Of a stretch of DNA of 64,000 nt, positions 38,253 through 49,652 are shown piece by piece. The DNA is taken from assembly GCA_963836205.1 (NCBI GenBank), contig CAWIIV010000014.1, positions 160,001-224,000 on the forward strand. Direction: 5' to 3'. The translations under genes and the position numbers were made by a program. The stretch comes from an uncultured Acidimicrobiia bacterium. Lineage in GTDB: Bacteria > Actinomycetota > Acidimicrobiia > Acidimicrobiales > AC-14. The stretch's first letter is position 1. Every line of letters starts with the position of its first letter. Below the pieces are notes generated by a model, which was not told the DNA's origin, made no database searches, and saw only the letters and a list, made by a program, of their open reading frames with translations.

Positions 38253-41200
38253 CGTCCGTGGTACTCCTGGAGCGACCGCACCGACGACCCGTGCACGGCC
38301 ACGTCGGCGATGCCGTTGGCCGCGGCCAGGGCCGCCGCCACCGTGGTCAGGCAGGGGACCTTGTGGACGTTGGCCGAGGTGCGGATGTAGGCCCCGTCGG
38401 CCCGCGGCCCCCGGCCCCGGGGAGTGTTGACCACCAGGTCGATCTCGCCGTGGGCGATGCGCTCGACGGCCGAACGCCCGGGATGGCCGAGCAGGGGGAC
38501 GACGTCGGCCACCGTCACCCCGTTCTCCTCCAGGTAGCGGGCCGTCCCCGACGTGGCCACGACGGAAAAGCCCAGGTCGACGAACCGGCGGGCCGCCCGC
38601 AGGCCCCCCGCCTTGTCGCGGTCGGACAGCGACAGGAAGACGGTGCCGGCCGTGGGCAGCCGGTCGCCAGCCCCCGCCTGGCTCTTGGCGAAGGCCAGCC
38701 CGAACGTGCTCGAGATCCCCATAACCTCGCCCGTGGCCCGCATCTCCGGCCCGAGCAGGGTGTCGGCGTCGGGGAAGCGGTTGAAGGGCAGCACCGCCTC
38801 TTTCACGGCCACGTGCCCGCCCGTCGCCGCCGCGCAGAGCAACCCCTCGGCCCGCAGCTCGGCCAGGGTCGCCCCCACCATCACCCGGGCCGCGACCTTG
38901 GCCAGGGGCACGCCGGTGGCCTTGGCCACGAACGGCACCGTGCGGCTGGCGCGGGGGTTGGCCTCGATGACGAACACCTGGCCCTGCTTCACCGCGTACT
39001 GCACGTTGAGGGGCCCGCACACGTCGAGGGCGTCGGCGATGGCGCGAGTGTGGGACTCGATGACCTCGATCACGTCGGCCGACAGCGTCGGGGGCGGGAT
39101 CACGCAGGCGCTGTCGCCCGAGTGCACCCCCGCCTCCTCCACGTGCTCCATCACCCCGCCGATGAACACCTCGCCGGTGCGGTCGCGGATCGAGTCGACG
39201 TCGACCTCGGTGGCGTCCTCCAGGAAACGGTCGACCAGCACCGGCCGCTCGAAGGACAGGCCACCCTCCCGGCCCAGCGACCCGAAGCCGGCGAGCTCGG
39301 CCATCGCTCGGCGCAGCCCGTCGTCGTCGTAGACGATCTCCATGGCCCGCCCGCCCAGCACGTACGACGGGCGCACGAGGGCGGGGTAGCCGATGCGGCC
39401 GGTGATGGCCAGGGCCTGGTCGACGTCGACCGCGGTGCCGCCTGCCGGCTGGGGGATCTCCAGCCGGGCGCACAGCGAGCTCCACCGCTCCCGGTCCTCG
39501 GCCTCGTCGATGGACGACGGCCGGGTGCCCAGGATCAGGTGCTCGGGGATACGGCCGGCCAGCTTCAAGGGCGTCTGCCCGCCCAGGGCCACGATGACAC
39601 CGGCGAGCCCGCCGGCTCCGGAGGCATGTGGTTGCTGCTCGACCTCGAGGATGTTGGTCACGTCCTCGAGCGTCAGGGGCTCGAAGAACAGCCGGTCGGA
39701 CGTGTCGTAGTCGGTGGACACCGTCTCCGGGTTGCAGTTGACCATCACCGTGTCGAAGCCGGCGTCGCGCAGGGCGAAGGAGGCGTGGACGCAGCAGTAG
39801 TCGAACTCGATCCCCTGCCCGATGCGGTTGGGCCCCGACCCGAGGATCACGACCGTCGGCCGCGAACCGGGGCGGGCCTCGTCCTCGTCCTCGTAGGTGG
39901 AGTAGTGGTACGGCGTGGCCGCGTCGAACTCGGCCCCGCACGTGTCGACCGTCTTGAACGTGGCCCGCACGCCGAGGGCCAGCCGGGCCGCCCGCACCAC
40001 GTCCTCGGCCACGCCTCCCCAGACGTAGCCCAGCTGGAGGTCGGAGAAGCCCAGGCGCTTGGCCCGGCGCCAGTCGGCCCTGGTCATCCCGTCGAACCCG
40101 ATGGTGGCCAGCTCGGCCCGTTGGTCGACGATGCGCACCATCTGGTCGAGGAACCACGGGTCGACCCCCGTGGCCGCGTACAACCGCTCCACGCTGATCC
40201 CCCGGCGCAGGGCCGCCTCCAGCTGGAAGGGGCGGTCGGGCGTGGCCACCGCCGCCCGAGCCACCAGCTCGGCGTCGTCGAGGTCGTCGAACGCGGCCTC
40301 GGCGGGATCGCAGTTGAGTCCCCACCGGCCGTGCTCCAGCGAGCGCAGCCCCTTCTGCAGCGACTCGGGAAACGTGCGGCCGATCGCCATCGCCTCCCCC
40401 ACCGACTGCATGCGGGTGCCGAGCACGTCGGGCACGCCCGGGAACTTCTCGAACGCCCACCGGGGGATCTTGGTGACCACGTAGTCGATGGTTGGCTCGA
40501 AGCAGGCCGGGGTCTTGCGGGTGATGTCGTTGGCGATCTCGTCGAGGGTGTAGCCGACGGCGAGCTTGGCCGCGATCTTGGCGATCGGGAACCCGGTGGC
40601 CTTGGAGGCGAGGGCGGACGACCGGCTGACTCTCGGGTTCATCTCGATGACGACCATCTCGCCGTCGACCGGATTCACCGCGAACTGGATGTTGGACCCG
40701 CCGGTGTCGACGCCGATCCGCCGGATGCAGGCGAAGGCGGCGTCACGCATGCGCTGGTACTCGACGTCGGACAGGGTCTGGGCCGGCGCCACCGTGATGG
40801 AGTCGCCGGTGTGGACGCCCATGGGGTCGAAGTTCTCGATGGAGCACACGACCACGCAGTTGTCGGCCCGGTCGCGCATGACCTCCAGCTCGTACTCCTT
40901 CCAGCCGGCGATGCTGCGCTCGATCAGGATCTCGGAGATGGGGCTGGCGGCCAGGCCGATCTCGGCGAGGGCGGTGAGCTGGTCGGAGTCGTGGGCGATG
41001 CCCGTGCCGCTGCCCCCCAGGATGTACGAGGGCCGCACGATCACCGGGTAGCCGATCTCGTCGCCCACCTTGGCCGCCTCGTGGACGGCGTAGGCGAAGC
41101 CCGACGGGGGGACGGCCAGGCCGATCTCGGTCATGGCCGCCTTGAACCGCTCCCGGTCCTCGGCGGTGCGGATGGCCTCGGCCGACGCCCCGATGAGCTC

Positions 41201-41539
41201 CACGCCGAACTCCCCCAGCACGCCCCGCTCGTGGAGGGCCATGGCCAGGTTGAGCCCGGTCTGGCCGCCGAGGGTGGGCAGGATGGCGTCGGGCCGCTCC
41301 CGCTCGACGACGGCCGCCACCGTCTCCCAGTCGAGGGGCTCGACATACGTGCGGTGGGCGAAGTCGGGGTCGGTCATGATCGTGGCCGGGTTGGAGTTGA
41401 CCAGGATGACCCGGTAGCCCTCGTCCTTGAGCACCCGGCAGGCCTGGGTGCCCGAGTAGTCGAACTCGCACGCCTGCCCGATCACGATCGGCCCCGACCC
41501 GATGAGCAGGATCGAGTTGATGTCGGTGCGCTTCGGCAT
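38249..41539 (-). CDS. carB: Carbamoyl-phosphate synthase large subunit
   Basis: [27 protein letters not shown] and EANPRASRT motifs. Confidence 0.98.
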   Translation of the reverse strand: MPKRTDINSILLIGSGPIVIGQACEFDYSGTQACRVLKDEGYRVILVNSNPATIMTDPDFAHRTYVEPLDWETVAAVVERERPDAILPTLGGQTGLNLAMALHERGVLGEFGVELIGASAEAIRTAEDRERFKAAMTEIGLAVPPSGFAYAVHEAAKVGDEIGYPVIVRPSYILGGSGTGIAHDSDQLTALAEIGLAASPISEILIERSIAGWKEYELEVMRDRADNCVVVCSIENFDPMGVHTGDSITVAPAQTLSDVEYQRMRDAAFACIRRIGVDTGGSNIQFAVNPVDGEMVVIEMNPRVSRSSALASKATGFPIAKIAAKLAVGYTLDEIANDITRKTPACFEPTIDYVVTKIPRWAFEKFPGVPDVLGTRMQSVGEAMAIGRTFPESLQKGLRSLEHGRWGLNCDPAEAAFDDLDDAELVARAAVATPDRPFQLEAALRRGISVERLYAATGVDPWFLDQMVRIVDQRAELATIGFDGMTRADWRRAKRLGFSDLQLGYVWGGVAEDVVRAARLALGVRATFKTVDTCGAEFDAATPYHYSTYEDEDEARPGSRPTVVILGSGPNRIGQGIEFDYCCVHASFALRDAGFDTVMVNCNPETVSTDYDTSDRLFFEPLTLEDVTNILEVEQQPHASGAGGLAGVIVALGGQTPLKLAGRIPEHLILGTRPSSIDEAEDRERWSSLCARLEIPQPAGGTAVDVDQALAITGRIGYPALVRPSYVLGGRAMEIVYDDDGLRRAMAELAGFGSLGREGGLSFERPVLVDRFLEDATEVDVDSIRDRTGEVFIGGVMEHVEEAGVHSGDSACVIPPPTLSADVIEVIESHTRAIADALDVCGPLNVQYAVKQGQVFVIEANPRASRTVPFVAKATGVPLAKVAARVMVGATLAELRAEGLLCAAATGGHVAVKEAVLPFNRFPDADTLLGPEMRATGEVMGISSTFGLAFAKSQAGAGDRLPTAGTVFLSLSDRDKAGGLRAARRFVDLGFSVVATSGTARYLEENGVTVADVVPLLGHPGRSAVERIAHGEIDLVVNTPRGRGPRADGAYIRTSANVHKVPCLTTVAAALAAANGIADVAVHGSSVRSLQEYHGR

Positions 41540-42711
41540 CAGTCGGTCATCAGCCGGCGGAAGTCCTCGAACAGGTATCTCGCATCGTGGGGGCCGGGGC
41601 CCGCCTCGGGGTGGTACTGGACGCTGAACGCCCGCACGTCGCGGCAGCCCAGTCCCTCGATGACCCCGTCGTTGAGGTTGACGTGGGTGACGTCGGCGGT
41701 GGCGACCGAGCCGGGCGTGACCGCGTAGGAGTGGTTCTGGCTGGTGATCTCGACCGCCCCGTCCCGCAGCCGCTTCACCGGGTGGTTGCCGCCGTGGTGG
41801 CCGAAGGGGAGCTTGAACGTCGATCCGCCCAGGGCCGAGGCCATGAGCTGGTGGCCGAGGCAGATCCCGAAGACGGGGACGCCCGTCTCCAGCAGGTCGC
41901 GGATGGCGTCGATGGCGTAGGTGACGGCCGCCGGGTCGCCGGGGCCATTGGACAGGAACACGCCGTCGGGCCGGCGGAGGAGCACGGACGCGGCCGTCGT
42001 GGACGCGGGGACCACCTCGACCGTGGCCAGGCCCGACAGCATGCGCAGGATGCTCGCCTTGATGCCGAAGTCGTAGGCGACGACGGTCAGGGGCCTGTCT
42101 CCGCTCCCATTGGCGCCGACCGAGTAGGCCTCGGCCGTGGTCACCTCGGCGGCCAGGTCGACGCCGTCGGTGCCGGGCTCGTTGAGCGCGGCCTCCTTGA
42201 GGGTGACCTCGTCGGCCGTCCCGAAGGCGCCCGCCATGGCCCCCGCCTCCCGGATGTGGCGGGTGAGGCGACGGGTGTCGACTCCGGTGATCCCGGGGAC
42301 GCCCGACGCCTTCAGCCACGAGTCGAGGTCGAGGCTCGACCGCCAGTTCGACGGGCGCTCGGTGAGGTCGCGGACGATCACGCCCCGGCAATAGGCCCGC
42401 CCGCTCTCCGCGTCCTCCGCGCTGACGCCGTAGTTGCCGATGTGCGGATAGGTGAAGGCGATGACCTGCCCCGCGTACGACGGGTCGGTGAGCACCTCCT
42501 GGTAGCCGCTGAGGACGGTGTTGAACACGACCTCCCCGGTCGCGACACCTCCCGGCGCCTCGGCCCCGATCGCCTCCCCCTCGAACGTCGTCCCGTCGGC
42601 CAGCACCAGATGCGCTTCCCGCCGCCTCGGCTGTCGCCCGACCTCGAACTGGTGACGAAAATGGTCGTCCTGACCACCAGAAACGTCACCGGTTGCGGCT
42701 TGGGGCGTCAC
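41539..42711 (-). CDS. carA: Carbamoyl-phosphate synthase small subunit (N-terminus carries a palindromic insert)
   Basis: GEVVFNT, TDPSY, SNGPGDP, GICLGHQ and QYHPEA; GTG overlaps the pyrC stop. Confidence 0.97.
   Translation of the reverse strand: MTPQAATGDVSGGQDDHFRHQFEVGRQPRRREAHLVLADGTTFEGEAIGAEAPGGVATGEVVFNTVLSGYQEVLTDPSYAGQVIAFTYPHIGNYGVSAEDAESGRAYCRGVIVRDLTERPSNWRSSLDLDSWLKASGVPGITGVDTRRLTRHIREAGAMAGAFGTADEVTLKEAALNEPGTDGVDLAAEVTTAEAYSVGANGSGDRPLTVVAYDFGIKASILRMLSGLATVEVVPASTTAASVLLRRPDGVFLSNGPGDPAAVTYAIDAIRDLLETGVPVFGICLGHQLMASALGGSTFKLPFGHHGGNHPVKRLRDGAVEITSQNHSYAVTPGSVATADVTHVNLNDGVIEGLGCRDVRAFSVQYHPEAGPGPHDARYLFEDFRRLMTD
42646..42696. repeat. ~50-bp palindromic element, AACYGGTGAC-N28-GTCACCRGTT family, inside the carA 5' end
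   Basis: GAACTGGTGAC...GTCACCGGTTGC; aligns without gaps to the copies at 61186 and 61248. Confidence 0.85.
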
Positions 42712-43994
42712 CGTTGGGCCTCGCCGTCGACGACGACCGGCTCGCCTCGCAGGATCGTGTGGCGGGCCCGGCCGGTGAGCTTGCGGCCGGCGTAGGGGGT
42801 GTTGCGGCTGCGGCTGGCCAGGGCGTCGGGGTCGACCACCCACACCACCGACGGGTCGATCACGCACAGGTTGGCCGGCCGGCCCTCGGCCACCGGTCCG
42901 CCGTGCACCCCCTCCAACCCGGCGATGCGGGCCGGCTGCCATGACAGCAACGCCAGCACCCGCTCGACGGGCAGGTCGAGCTCGCCCAGCGCCAGGGCGA
43001 GGGCCGTCTCCAGGCCCAGCATCCCCGGGGGGGCGTGGTCGAAGGGACGCTCCTTGTCCTCCGGCGCGTGGGGGGCGTGGTCGGTGGCGATGGCGTCGAC
43101 CGTGCCGTCGGCCAGGCCCGCCTTCACCGCGGCCACGTCGGAAGGCGTCCGCAGCGGGGGATTGACCTTGAACACCGAGTCGTACCCGGCCACCGATGCG
43201 TCCGTCAGCGTGAAGTGGTGAGGGGCGGCCTCGGCCGTCACCGCCAGCCCCGACGCCTTGGCCGCCCGCACCGCCGCGATCGACCCCGCCGTCGACAGGT
43301 GGAGGAAGTGCATGCGGCTCCCCAAAGGCGCCGTCAGACGGGCCAGGGCGATGTCGCGCATCACCATCAACTCCTCGGCCTCGGCCGGCACGCCCGGCAT
43401 GCCCAGCCGCGACGACCACTCCCCCTCGTGCATGTGGCCCCCCGCGGCCAGGGAGGCGTCCTCGCAGTGCTGGGCCAGGGTGACGCCGAGGGCCGACGCG
43501 TACTCCAGCGCCCGCCGCATGAGCCGCCCGTCCTGCACCCCCGTGCCGTCGTCGGTGAACAGGCGGACGCCGAGCTCGGCCATCTCCGCCATCGCCGCCA
43601 GCTCGATACCCCGCCGGCCCTTGGTGATGGCCCCCGCCACCCGCACGTCGCACACCGACGTGAGGCCCAGCTCCAGCACCTCCCGCACCGCGGAGGCGCA
43701 GTCGATGGCGGGCTCGGTGTTGGGCATGGCCACCACCGCGGTGAACCCCCCGAGGGCGGCGGCCCGGGCCCCCGTCTCCACCGTCTCCGCCTCCTCCCGC
43801 CCCGGCTGGCGCAGGTGGACGTGGAGGTCGACCAGCCCCGGCGCCACCACGCACCCCCCGGCGTCGAGCACCCGGGCGCCGGCGGGCACGTCGAGCGCCT
43901 CGCCCACCGCCACCACGACGCGCCCCTCGACGGCCACGTCGGCCCGCCGCGAGCCGGTGGCGTCGACCACCGTTCCCCCCCGGATGACGATCAC
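42708..43994 (-). CDS. pyrC: Dihydroorotase
   Basis: [24 protein letters not shown] and ATDHAPH motifs. Confidence 0.96.
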   Translation of the reverse strand: MIVIRGGTVVDATGSRRADVAVEGRVVVAVGEALDVPAGARVLDAGGCVVAPGLVDLHVHLRQPGREEAETVETGARAAALGGFTAVVAMPNTEPAIDCASAVREVLELGLTSVCDVRVAGAITKGRRGIELAAMAEMAELGVRLFTDDGTGVQDGRLMRRALEYASALGVTLAQHCEDASLAAGGHMHEGEWSSRLGMPGVPAEAEELMVMRDIALARLTAPLGSRMHFLHLSTAGSIAAVRAAKASGLAVTAEAAPHHFTLTDASVAGYDSVFKVNPPLRTPSDVAAVKAGLADGTVDAIATDHAPHAPEDKERPFDHAPPGMLGLETALALALGELDLPVERVLALLSWQPARIAGLEGVHGGPVAEGRPANLCVIDPSVVWVVDPDALASRSRNTPYAGRKLTGRARHTILRGEPVVVDGEAQR

Positions 43995-44935
43995 TTGGGC
44001 GTCGCTCCCAGCAGGAGGAAGAGGACGGCCATGCGCACGGCCACGCCGTTGGCGACCTGGCGGGTGATGGTGGACCGGGGCAGGTCGGCCACGTCGGCCG
44101 CGATCTCCACCCCCCGGTTCATGGGGCCGGGGTGCATGACCAGGGCGTCGTCGGCCAGCAGCCGAGCACGATCGCGGGTCAGCCCGTAGCGGGCGGTGTA
44201 CTCCCGCAGCGACGGGAGCAAGGCCTCCGACTGGCGCTCGGCCTGGATGCGCAGCAGGTAGACGATGTCGGCCTTGGGCAGGACCGCGTCGAGGTCGTGG
44301 CTCACCGCCACCGGCCACCCGTCCAACGACGGTGGGAGCAGCGTGGGCGGCGCCACCAGGGTGACCTCGGCCCCGAGCATGGAGAACGCCAAAACGTTGG
44401 ACCGGGCCACCCGGGAGTGCTTGACGTCGCCCACGATGGCGATGCGCAGCCCGCCCAGAGGGCCCCGCTCCTTCTGGATCGTGAAGCAGTCGAGCAGGGC
44501 CTGGGTGGGGTGCTCGTGCCAGCCGTCGCCGGCGTTGATCACCGAGCAGTCGACCCACGACGCCACCTGCCAGGGCACGCCCGCCGACGAGTGGCGGACG
44601 ACGATGGCGTCGACCCCCATGGCCTCGATGGTCTGGACCGTGTCGCGGAGCGACTCGCCCTTCTTCACCGACGACGTGGAAACCGAGAAGTTCATGGTGT
44701 CGGCCGACAGGCCCTTGGCCGCGGCCTCGAACGACAGCCGGGTGCGGGTGGACTCCTCGAAGAAGAGCGACACCACCGTCTTGCCCCGCAGGGCGGGGAC
44801 CTTGGGCATGGCCCGCTGGCTGACCTCGACGAAGGAGTCGCTGACCCGGAGCACCTCCTCGATCCCGTCCGCCCCCAGGTCGGCCACCGACAGCAGGTGC
44901 CCAGGCGGATTGACCTGGGCCACCCGGGCGGTCAC
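43991..44935 (-). CDS. pyrB: Aspartate carbamoyltransferase
   Basis: [22 protein letters not shown] and [12 protein letters not shown] motifs. Confidence 0.97.
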   Translation of the reverse strand: MTARVAQVNPPGHLLSVADLGADGIEEVLRVSDSFVEVSQRAMPKVPALRGKTVVSLFFEESTRTRLSFEAAAKGLSADTMNFSVSTSSVKKGESLRDTVQTIEAMGVDAIVVRHSSAGVPWQVASWVDCSVINAGDGWHEHPTQALLDCFTIQKERGPLGGLRIAIVGDVKHSRVARSNVLAFSMLGAEVTLVAPPTLLPPSLDGWPVAVSHDLDAVLPKADIVYLLRIQAERQSEALLPSLREYTARYGLTRDRARLLADDALVMHPGPMNRGVEIAADVADLPRSTITRQVANGVAVRMAVLFLLLGATPK

Positions 44936-45495
44936 TTCTTCACCCCCACGTCGACCCCGTCGTCGCGCACGTCGACCACCTCGTCACGGCGGGTGGGGAG
45001 GTTCTTGCCCACGAAGTCGGGGCGGATGGGCAGCTCCCGGTGGCCCCGGTCGACCATCACCGCCAGCTGCACCGCCCGGGGCCGGCCGTAGTCGTTGAGG
45101 GCGTCGAGGGCGGCCCGCACCGTGCGCCCGGTGAAGAGCACGTCGTCGACCAGCACCACCACCCGGCCCGACAGGTCGACGGGGATGTCGGTGACGGCCT
45201 GGGGCATCACCGGCCGCAGCCCGATGTCGTCGCGGTAGAAGGTGGCGTCGACGCTGCCGACCGGCACGTCCACCCCCTCCACCCGGGTCAGGGCCTCGGC
45301 CAGGCGCCGGGCCAGGGGCACGCCCCCGGTCTGGAGCCCCACCAGCACCACCCCGTCGAGGCCGTGGTTGCGTTCGACGATCTCGTGGGCGATGCGGGTG
45401 ACGGCCCGGCGCAGGTCCTCGGCGTCCATCACCTGGCTGCGGGCAACGAAAACGCCCCCGTACGGGGGCGTCGCAGCGCGTTCTCGTTCGGCCAA
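44932..45495 (-). CDS. pyrR: Pyrimidine operon attenuation protein / uracil phosphoribosyltransferase
   Basis: [29 protein letters not shown] and DRGHRELPI; TTG at 45495 has GAGGAG 7 nt upstream; alternative start ATG 45429. Confidence 0.95.
   Translation of the reverse strand: MAERERAATPPYGGVFVARSQVMDAEDLRRAVTRIAHEIVERNHGLDGVVLVGLQTGGVPLARRLAEALTRVEGVDVPVGSVDATFYRDDIGLRPVMPQAVTDIPVDLSGRVVVLVDDVLFTGRTVRAALDALNDYGRPRAVQLAVMVDRGHRELPIRPDFVGKNLPTRRDEVVDVRDDGVDVGVKK
45445..45471 (-). terminator. Intrinsic terminator-like hairpin (candidate pyr attenuator)
   Basis: ACGCCCCCG-TA-CGGGGGCGT followed by TTTCGTT on the minus strand. Confidence 0.65.
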
Positions 45496-45517
45496 ATCCT
45501 GGCTCCTCGGTGTCCGT

Positions 45518-45542
45518 GCCGGCCTCTCGGGACCGGCGTTAA
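45518..45542 (-). promoter_or_regulatory. PyrR-binding RNA stem-loop
   Basis: GCCGGTCCCGAGAGGCCGGC resembles the ARUCCNGNGAGGYU consensus; TAAACT -10 at 45560-45555. Confidence 0.75.
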
Positions 45543-45557
45543 CGGGCTGGACGCAGT

Positions 45558-45938
45558 TTACCGCACCACCCGGATGGTGACCTCGAACCGCTCCGGCGTT
45601 CCCCCGGTGGTGCGCTCGGCCGACACCACCACCCCGGCGGTCACCTCGAGGGGGATGTAGGTGACTGTCACCGACCCGTCGGGCTCCACTCGGGAGTTGA
45701 CCACGGCCAGGGACCCGGCGTTGGCCTGGGGCAGGCTCCACGGGGCGTCGGGTGAGCCCTGGAGGTCGAGGACGAACGGCTCGTTGGGCGGGACGACGAC
45801 CTCGCCGCCGTTGTCGGCCTCGGTGACGGCCGCGTCCCGACGGCGGCCCCCGTCGTCGTCGATCACCAAGGCGTAGACGGCGTACCCGACGACGACCACG
45901 AGAGTCAGGACGACCAGGACCACCAGGCGTTTCCTCAC
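45558..45938 (-). CDS. Membrane-anchored small protein, possibly chagasin/I42-like fold
   Basis: N-terminal TM helix, then [12 protein letters not shown]...FVLDLQGSP...W and a terminal FEVTIRV strand. Confidence 0.5.
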   Translation of the reverse strand: MRKRLVVLVVLTLVVVVGYAVYALVIDDDGGRRRDAAVTEADNGGEVVVPPNEPFVLDLQGSPDAPWSLPQANAGSLAVVNSRVEPDGSVTVTYIPLEVTAGVVVSAERTTGGTPERFEVTIRVVR

Positions 45939-46423
45939 AGCTCGTCGGGCTCCTCGTCGAACGGGACCGGCTCGGGCAGGTCGGGCGCGGGGCCGATGAC
46001 CACCGACGCGGCCCTGGAGCCGGGCCGGACCTCGGCTGCGATGGCGGCCAGGACCCCGTTCACGAACCGGCTGGAGTCGTCGGTGGAGTAGCGCTGGGCC
46101 AGCTCGACGGCCTCGGAGATGACGGCGCCGGTGGGCACGTCGGGACGGAAGGCCAGCTCGTAGACGCCCATGCGGAGCAGGGCCCGGTCGAGGGCGGGCA
46201 TGCGCTCGAGGGCCCAGTCGCGGGCGAAGCGGACGATCCACCCGTCGACCTCGTCCTGGTGCTCGCCCACGCCGAGGACCAGCGCCGACGCGAACGGGGC
46301 CGGCTCCACCGGTAGGTCGGCCACCACCGCGGCCGGGGTGACGCCCTTGGTCTCCGCCTCGTAGAGCAACGACAGGGCCCGCTCCCGGGCCTGGCGGCGG
46401 GTGGCGGCCAGGGCGCGCACCAC
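45935..46423 (-). CDS. nusB: Transcription antitermination factor NusB
   Basis: [28 protein letters not shown] and FVNGVL. Confidence 0.95.
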   Translation of the reverse strand: MVRALAATRRQARERALSLLYEAETKGVTPAAVVADLPVEPAPFASALVLGVGEHQDEVDGWIVRFARDWALERMPALDRALLRMGVYELAFRPDVPTGAVISEAVELAQRYSTDDSSRFVNGVLAAIAAEVRPGSRAASVVIGPAPDLPEPVPFDEEPDEL

Positions 46424-46434
46424 GACGAGCCGCC

Positions 46435-47001
46435 CTAGACCCGCGTCAGGTAGTCGCCCGAACGGGTGTCGACCTTGATGCGGTCGCCGGGGTTGACGAA
46501 CAAGGGCACCTGCACCACCAGCCCCGTCTCCAGGGTGGCCGGCTTGCGGGCACCCGAGACCCGGTCGCCCTGCACCCCGGGCTCGGTCTCGGCCACCGCC
46601 AGCTCGACCGCGGCGGGGAGGTCGACGCCCACCACCTCGTCCTCGTTGGCCACCTGGAGGATGGCCGAGTCGCCCTCCTTGAGGTACTTGGACGACACCG
46701 CCATCACGTCCTCGTCGACGTGGATCTGGTCGTACGTGGTGTTGTCCATGAACACGTGGTACGTGCCCTCGCGGTAGAGGAACTGCATCTCCCGCTTGTC
46801 GATGTTGGTCTGCTCGAGCTTCTCGTCGGCCCGGTAGGTGCGGTCGAGGACGGCCCCGGTACGCACGTTCTTGAGCTTGGTGCGCACGAAGGCGCCGCCC
46901 TTGCCCGGCTTCACGTGCTGGAACTCGACGACCGTGAACAGCCCCTCCGGCAGCTGGAGGGCCATGCCGTTCTTCAGGTCGTTGGTGGAGACGTTGGGCA
47001 C
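46435..47001 (-). CDS. efp: Elongation factor P
   Basis: HVKPGKGGAFVRTKLK, KPATLETG and VPLFV. Confidence 0.98.
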   Translation of the reverse strand: MPNVSTNDLKNGMALQLPEGLFTVVEFQHVKPGKGGAFVRTKLKNVRTGAVLDRTYRADEKLEQTNIDKREMQFLYREGTYHVFMDNTTYDQIHVDEDVMAVSSKYLKEGDSAILQVANEDEVVGVDLPAAVELAVAETEPGVQGDRVSGARKPATLETGLVVQVPLFVNPGDRIKVDTRSGDYLTRV

Positions 47002-47002
47002 G

Positions 47003-48112
47003 TCAGGCCACCACCAGATCCTTGGGGGCGTTGGTGAGCACGGTGCAGCCTTCCTCGGTGACGACGACGGTGTCCTCGATGCGGACGCCGCCGTACTCGG
47101 GCAGGTAGACGCCGGGCTCCACGGTGACGACCCAGCCCGCGCCCAGCGTGTCGGTGGACAGGGACGACACCCGGGGCATCTCGTGGATGTCGAGCCCGAC
47201 GCCGTGGCCGGTGCTGTGGAGAAAGGCGTCGGCCCAGCCCGCCTCGGCGATGATCGCCCGGCAGGCCTCGTCGACGGCCTTGGCCTCCACGCCCGCCCTG
47301 ACCGCGTCGACGCCCGCCCGCTGGCTCTCGGCCACCACGTCGGCCATGCGGGCGGCGGTGGCGGTGGCGGGCTCGCCCACGCACAGGGTGCGGGTCATGT
47401 CGGAGCAGTAGCCGTCGACGATGGCGCCGAAGTCGATGACGATCAGCTCGCCGGGGCCGATGCGGCGGTCGCTCGGGCGGTGGTGGGGCTTGGCCCCGTT
47501 GGGACCCGAGGCCACGATCGTCTCGAACGAGGAGCCGGCCGCGCCCAGCCGCCGCATCTCGAAGTCGAGGTCGAGGGCGATCTCCCGCTCGGTCGGGCCC
47601 TCGGCCAGGCGGGGCCGGACCTTGGCCAGGGCGTCGTCGGCGATGCGGGCGGCCTCCGCCATGCGGGCCACCTCGCCCGCGTCCTTGGTCCGGCGCAGGT
47701 CCTCGACCAGGCCCTCGGTGGCCACCAGCTCGGCCTCGGGGAACCAGTCGGTGGCGTAGCGGCGCTGCTGGGCCCAGGTGACGGCGTCGGCCTCCAGGCC
47801 CAGCCGGGGGATCCCGGCCGCCGCCGCCTGGAGGTAGTCCTTCTGGGCCCCGCCGGTGAGGCCCACGTGGAGGTGGAAGTCGACGCCCGCCGCGGTGAGC
47901 TGCTCGACGGCCTGGTCGCCATAGCGGCCGTCGGTGACGAAGAGCATCCCGTCGGCGGTGAGGAGCACGAGGGCGGCGGAGCCGGTGAAGCCGGTGAGGT
48001 AGCGGACGTTGACCATGTGGGTGACGAGCAGGGCGTCGCACCCGGCCTCGTCGAACCGGGTCCGCAGCCGCCCGACGCGAGCAGCGACGTCCATCTTCGG
48101 AAGGGAAGTCAT
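47003..48112 (-). CDS. Xaa-Pro peptidase (M24)
   Basis: YLTGFTGS, DFGA, SDMTRT, HSTGHGVGLDIHE, EPGVY and GVRIED. Confidence 0.92.
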   Translation of the reverse strand: MTSLPKMDVAARVGRLRTRFDEAGCDALLVTHMVNVRYLTGFTGSAALVLLTADGMLFVTDGRYGDQAVEQLTAAGVDFHLHVGLTGGAQKDYLQAAAAGIPRLGLEADAVTWAQQRRYATDWFPEAELVATEGLVEDLRRTKDAGEVARMAEAARIADDALAKVRPRLAEGPTEREIALDLDFEMRRLGAAGSSFETIVASGPNGAKPHHRPSDRRIGPGELIVIDFGAIVDGYCSDMTRTLCVGEPATATAARMADVVAESQRAGVDAVRAGVEAKAVDEACRAIIAEAGWADAFLHSTGHGVGLDIHEMPRVSSLSTDTLGAGWVVTVEPGVYLPEYGGVRIEDTVVVTEEGCTVLTNAPKDLVVA

Positions 48113-48627
48113 CCCAACAACCTTGCCACGGCCTCGACGGCCAGTTCGTACCCGTGGCCTCTGAACCCGGCCACGGTGCCGTCGGCGACGGGCGCGATCA
48201 CCGACGTGTGCCGCCACGGCTCCCGGGCGTAGGGGTTGGACACATGGAGCTCGACCACCGGCCCGTCGAAGGCGGCCAGGGCGTCGTGCAGCGACCAGGC
48301 GTAGTGGCCGAAGGCGCCGGGGTTGACGATCACGGCCGCCGCCCGCCCCCGGGCGGCGTGGATCGCCTCCACCAGCTCGCCCTCGAAGTTGGACTGGAGG
48401 TGCTCGAGGTCGAGCCCGTGGCGGTCGGCCGCGGCCCGGGCCCGGCCCACGAAGTCGTCGAGCGTGTCGGTGCCGTAGAACTCGGGGTCGCGCCGGCCGA
48501 ACAGGTTGAGGTTGGCCCCGCTCAGGAGCAGGACGATCGGCCGCCCCCCCTCCCCCTCCGAACCGGTGACACTTTCCGCCCTCTGAGGACCTTCAGCGTC
48601 ACCGGTTGCCGGTGTGTCGGCGGTCAC
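48109..48627 (-). CDS. aroQ: Type II 3-dehydroquinate dehydratase (N-terminus carries a palindromic insert)
   Basis: GANLNLFGRRDPEFYG, QSNFEGEL, NPGAFGH and ELHVSNPYARE. Confidence 0.95.
   Translation of the reverse strand: MTADTPATGDAEGPQRAESVTGSEGEGGRPIVLLLSGANLNLFGRRDPEFYGTDTLDDFVGRARAAADRHGLDLEHLQSNFEGELVEAIHAARGRAAAVIVNPGAFGHYAWSLHDALAAFDGPVVELHVSNPYAREPWRHTSVIAPVADGTVAGFRGHGYELAVEAVARLLG
48560..48609. repeat. ~50-bp palindromic element, same family, inside the aroQ 5' end
   Basis: AACCGGTGAC-N27-GTCACCGGTT perfect 10-bp arms. Confidence 0.85.
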
Positions 48628-49652
48628 GGGCGCATCTCCTCGTCGAGGACGGCGGCGACCGCGCCCGAGTCGACGTCGTCCACGACTTCCAGGCCGCGGG
48701 GGCCGTCGAGGACGAACGTGAGGTGGCCGGGGTCCAGACCCTTCCTGGCGACCTTCTTGTCGCGGCCCATGACCTGGACCAGCTCGGTGGTGTCGGCGTC
48801 GGCGGGCAGGACCGAGGGCAGGTCGTAGCCGTCGACCACGGCCAGGTGCTCGTCGACCCGCTCGTCGTCGACCCGTCGCAGGCGGCGGGCCAGGCGGGCG
48901 GCGAAGACCAACCCGACGGCCACCGCCTCGCCGTGGCGGAGGTCGTAGTGGCCGGTGGTCTCCAGGGCATGGGCCAGGGTGTGGCCGTAGTTGAGGAGGG
49001 CCCGGCGGCCGGTTGTGTCGCGCTCGTCGGGCCCGACGTGGTCGGCCTTGCACCGCACGCAGGCGGCCACCGCCTCGTCCAACGGAAGGTCGGGCAGGTT
49101 GTCGACCCCCAGGAAGGCGTACTTGGCCATCTCCCCCAGCCCGCTGCGATACTCGCGGGGAGGGAGGGTGCCGAGCAGCTCGATGTCGCACAGCACCGCC
49201 GACGGCTGCCAGAACGCCCCCACCAGGTTTTTTCCCTCGGGCAGGTTGACGCCCGTCTTGCCCCCGATGGCGGCGTCGACCATGCCCAGCAGGGTCGTGG
49301 ACACGTGCACCACCCTCACCCCCCGGTGGTAGACGGCCGCCGCGAAGCCGGCGGTGTCGGTGACCACCCCCCCGCCCACGGCGACGACCACGTCGGACCG
49401 GGTGAGGCCCCACCGGGAGAAGGCCCGGCACAGCTCCTCCACGCTCTCCATGCACTTGGCGTCCTCGCCCGGGTCGAGGAGGAAGGTGCACTGCTCGAGG
49501 CCGGCGTCGACCGGGAAGTCGGTTCCCTCCTGGGCCACGATCGCGGCCCGGGTGGCGCCGGTGGGGATCACCTCGGTGAGGCGGTGGCGGGCGCCGGGGC
49601 CGACGAGCACGTCGTACGACCGCTCACCCAGGTCGACGGGGACGGTGATCAT
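48624..49652 (-). CDS. aroB: 3-dehydroquinate synthase
   Basis: GGGVVTD, DAAIGGKTGVN and LNYGHTLAHALE motifs. Confidence 0.96.
   Translation of the reverse strand: MITVPVDLGERSYDVLVGPGARHRLTEVIPTGATRAAIVAQEGTDFPVDAGLEQCTFLLDPGEDAKCMESVEELCRAFSRWGLTRSDVVVAVGGGVVTDTAGFAAAVYHRGVRVVHVSTTLLGMVDAAIGGKTGVNLPEGKNLVGAFWQPSAVLCDIELLGTLPPREYRSGLGEMAKYAFLGVDNLPDLPLDEAVAACVRCKADHVGPDERDTTGRRALLNYGHTLAHALETTGHYDLRHGEAVAVGLVFAARLARRLRRVDDERVDEHLAVVDGYDLPSVLPADADTTELVQVMGRDKKVARKGLDPGHLTFVLDGPRGLEVVDDVDSGAVAAVLDEEMRP

Noticed and set aside
38258-41728. Long antisense and alternate-frame ORFs (e.g. 1156 aa opposite carB, 842 aa opposite alaS, 828 aa opposite priA)
   Set aside because: Shadow ORFs expected at high GC; they mirror genuine genes and show no recognisable motifs
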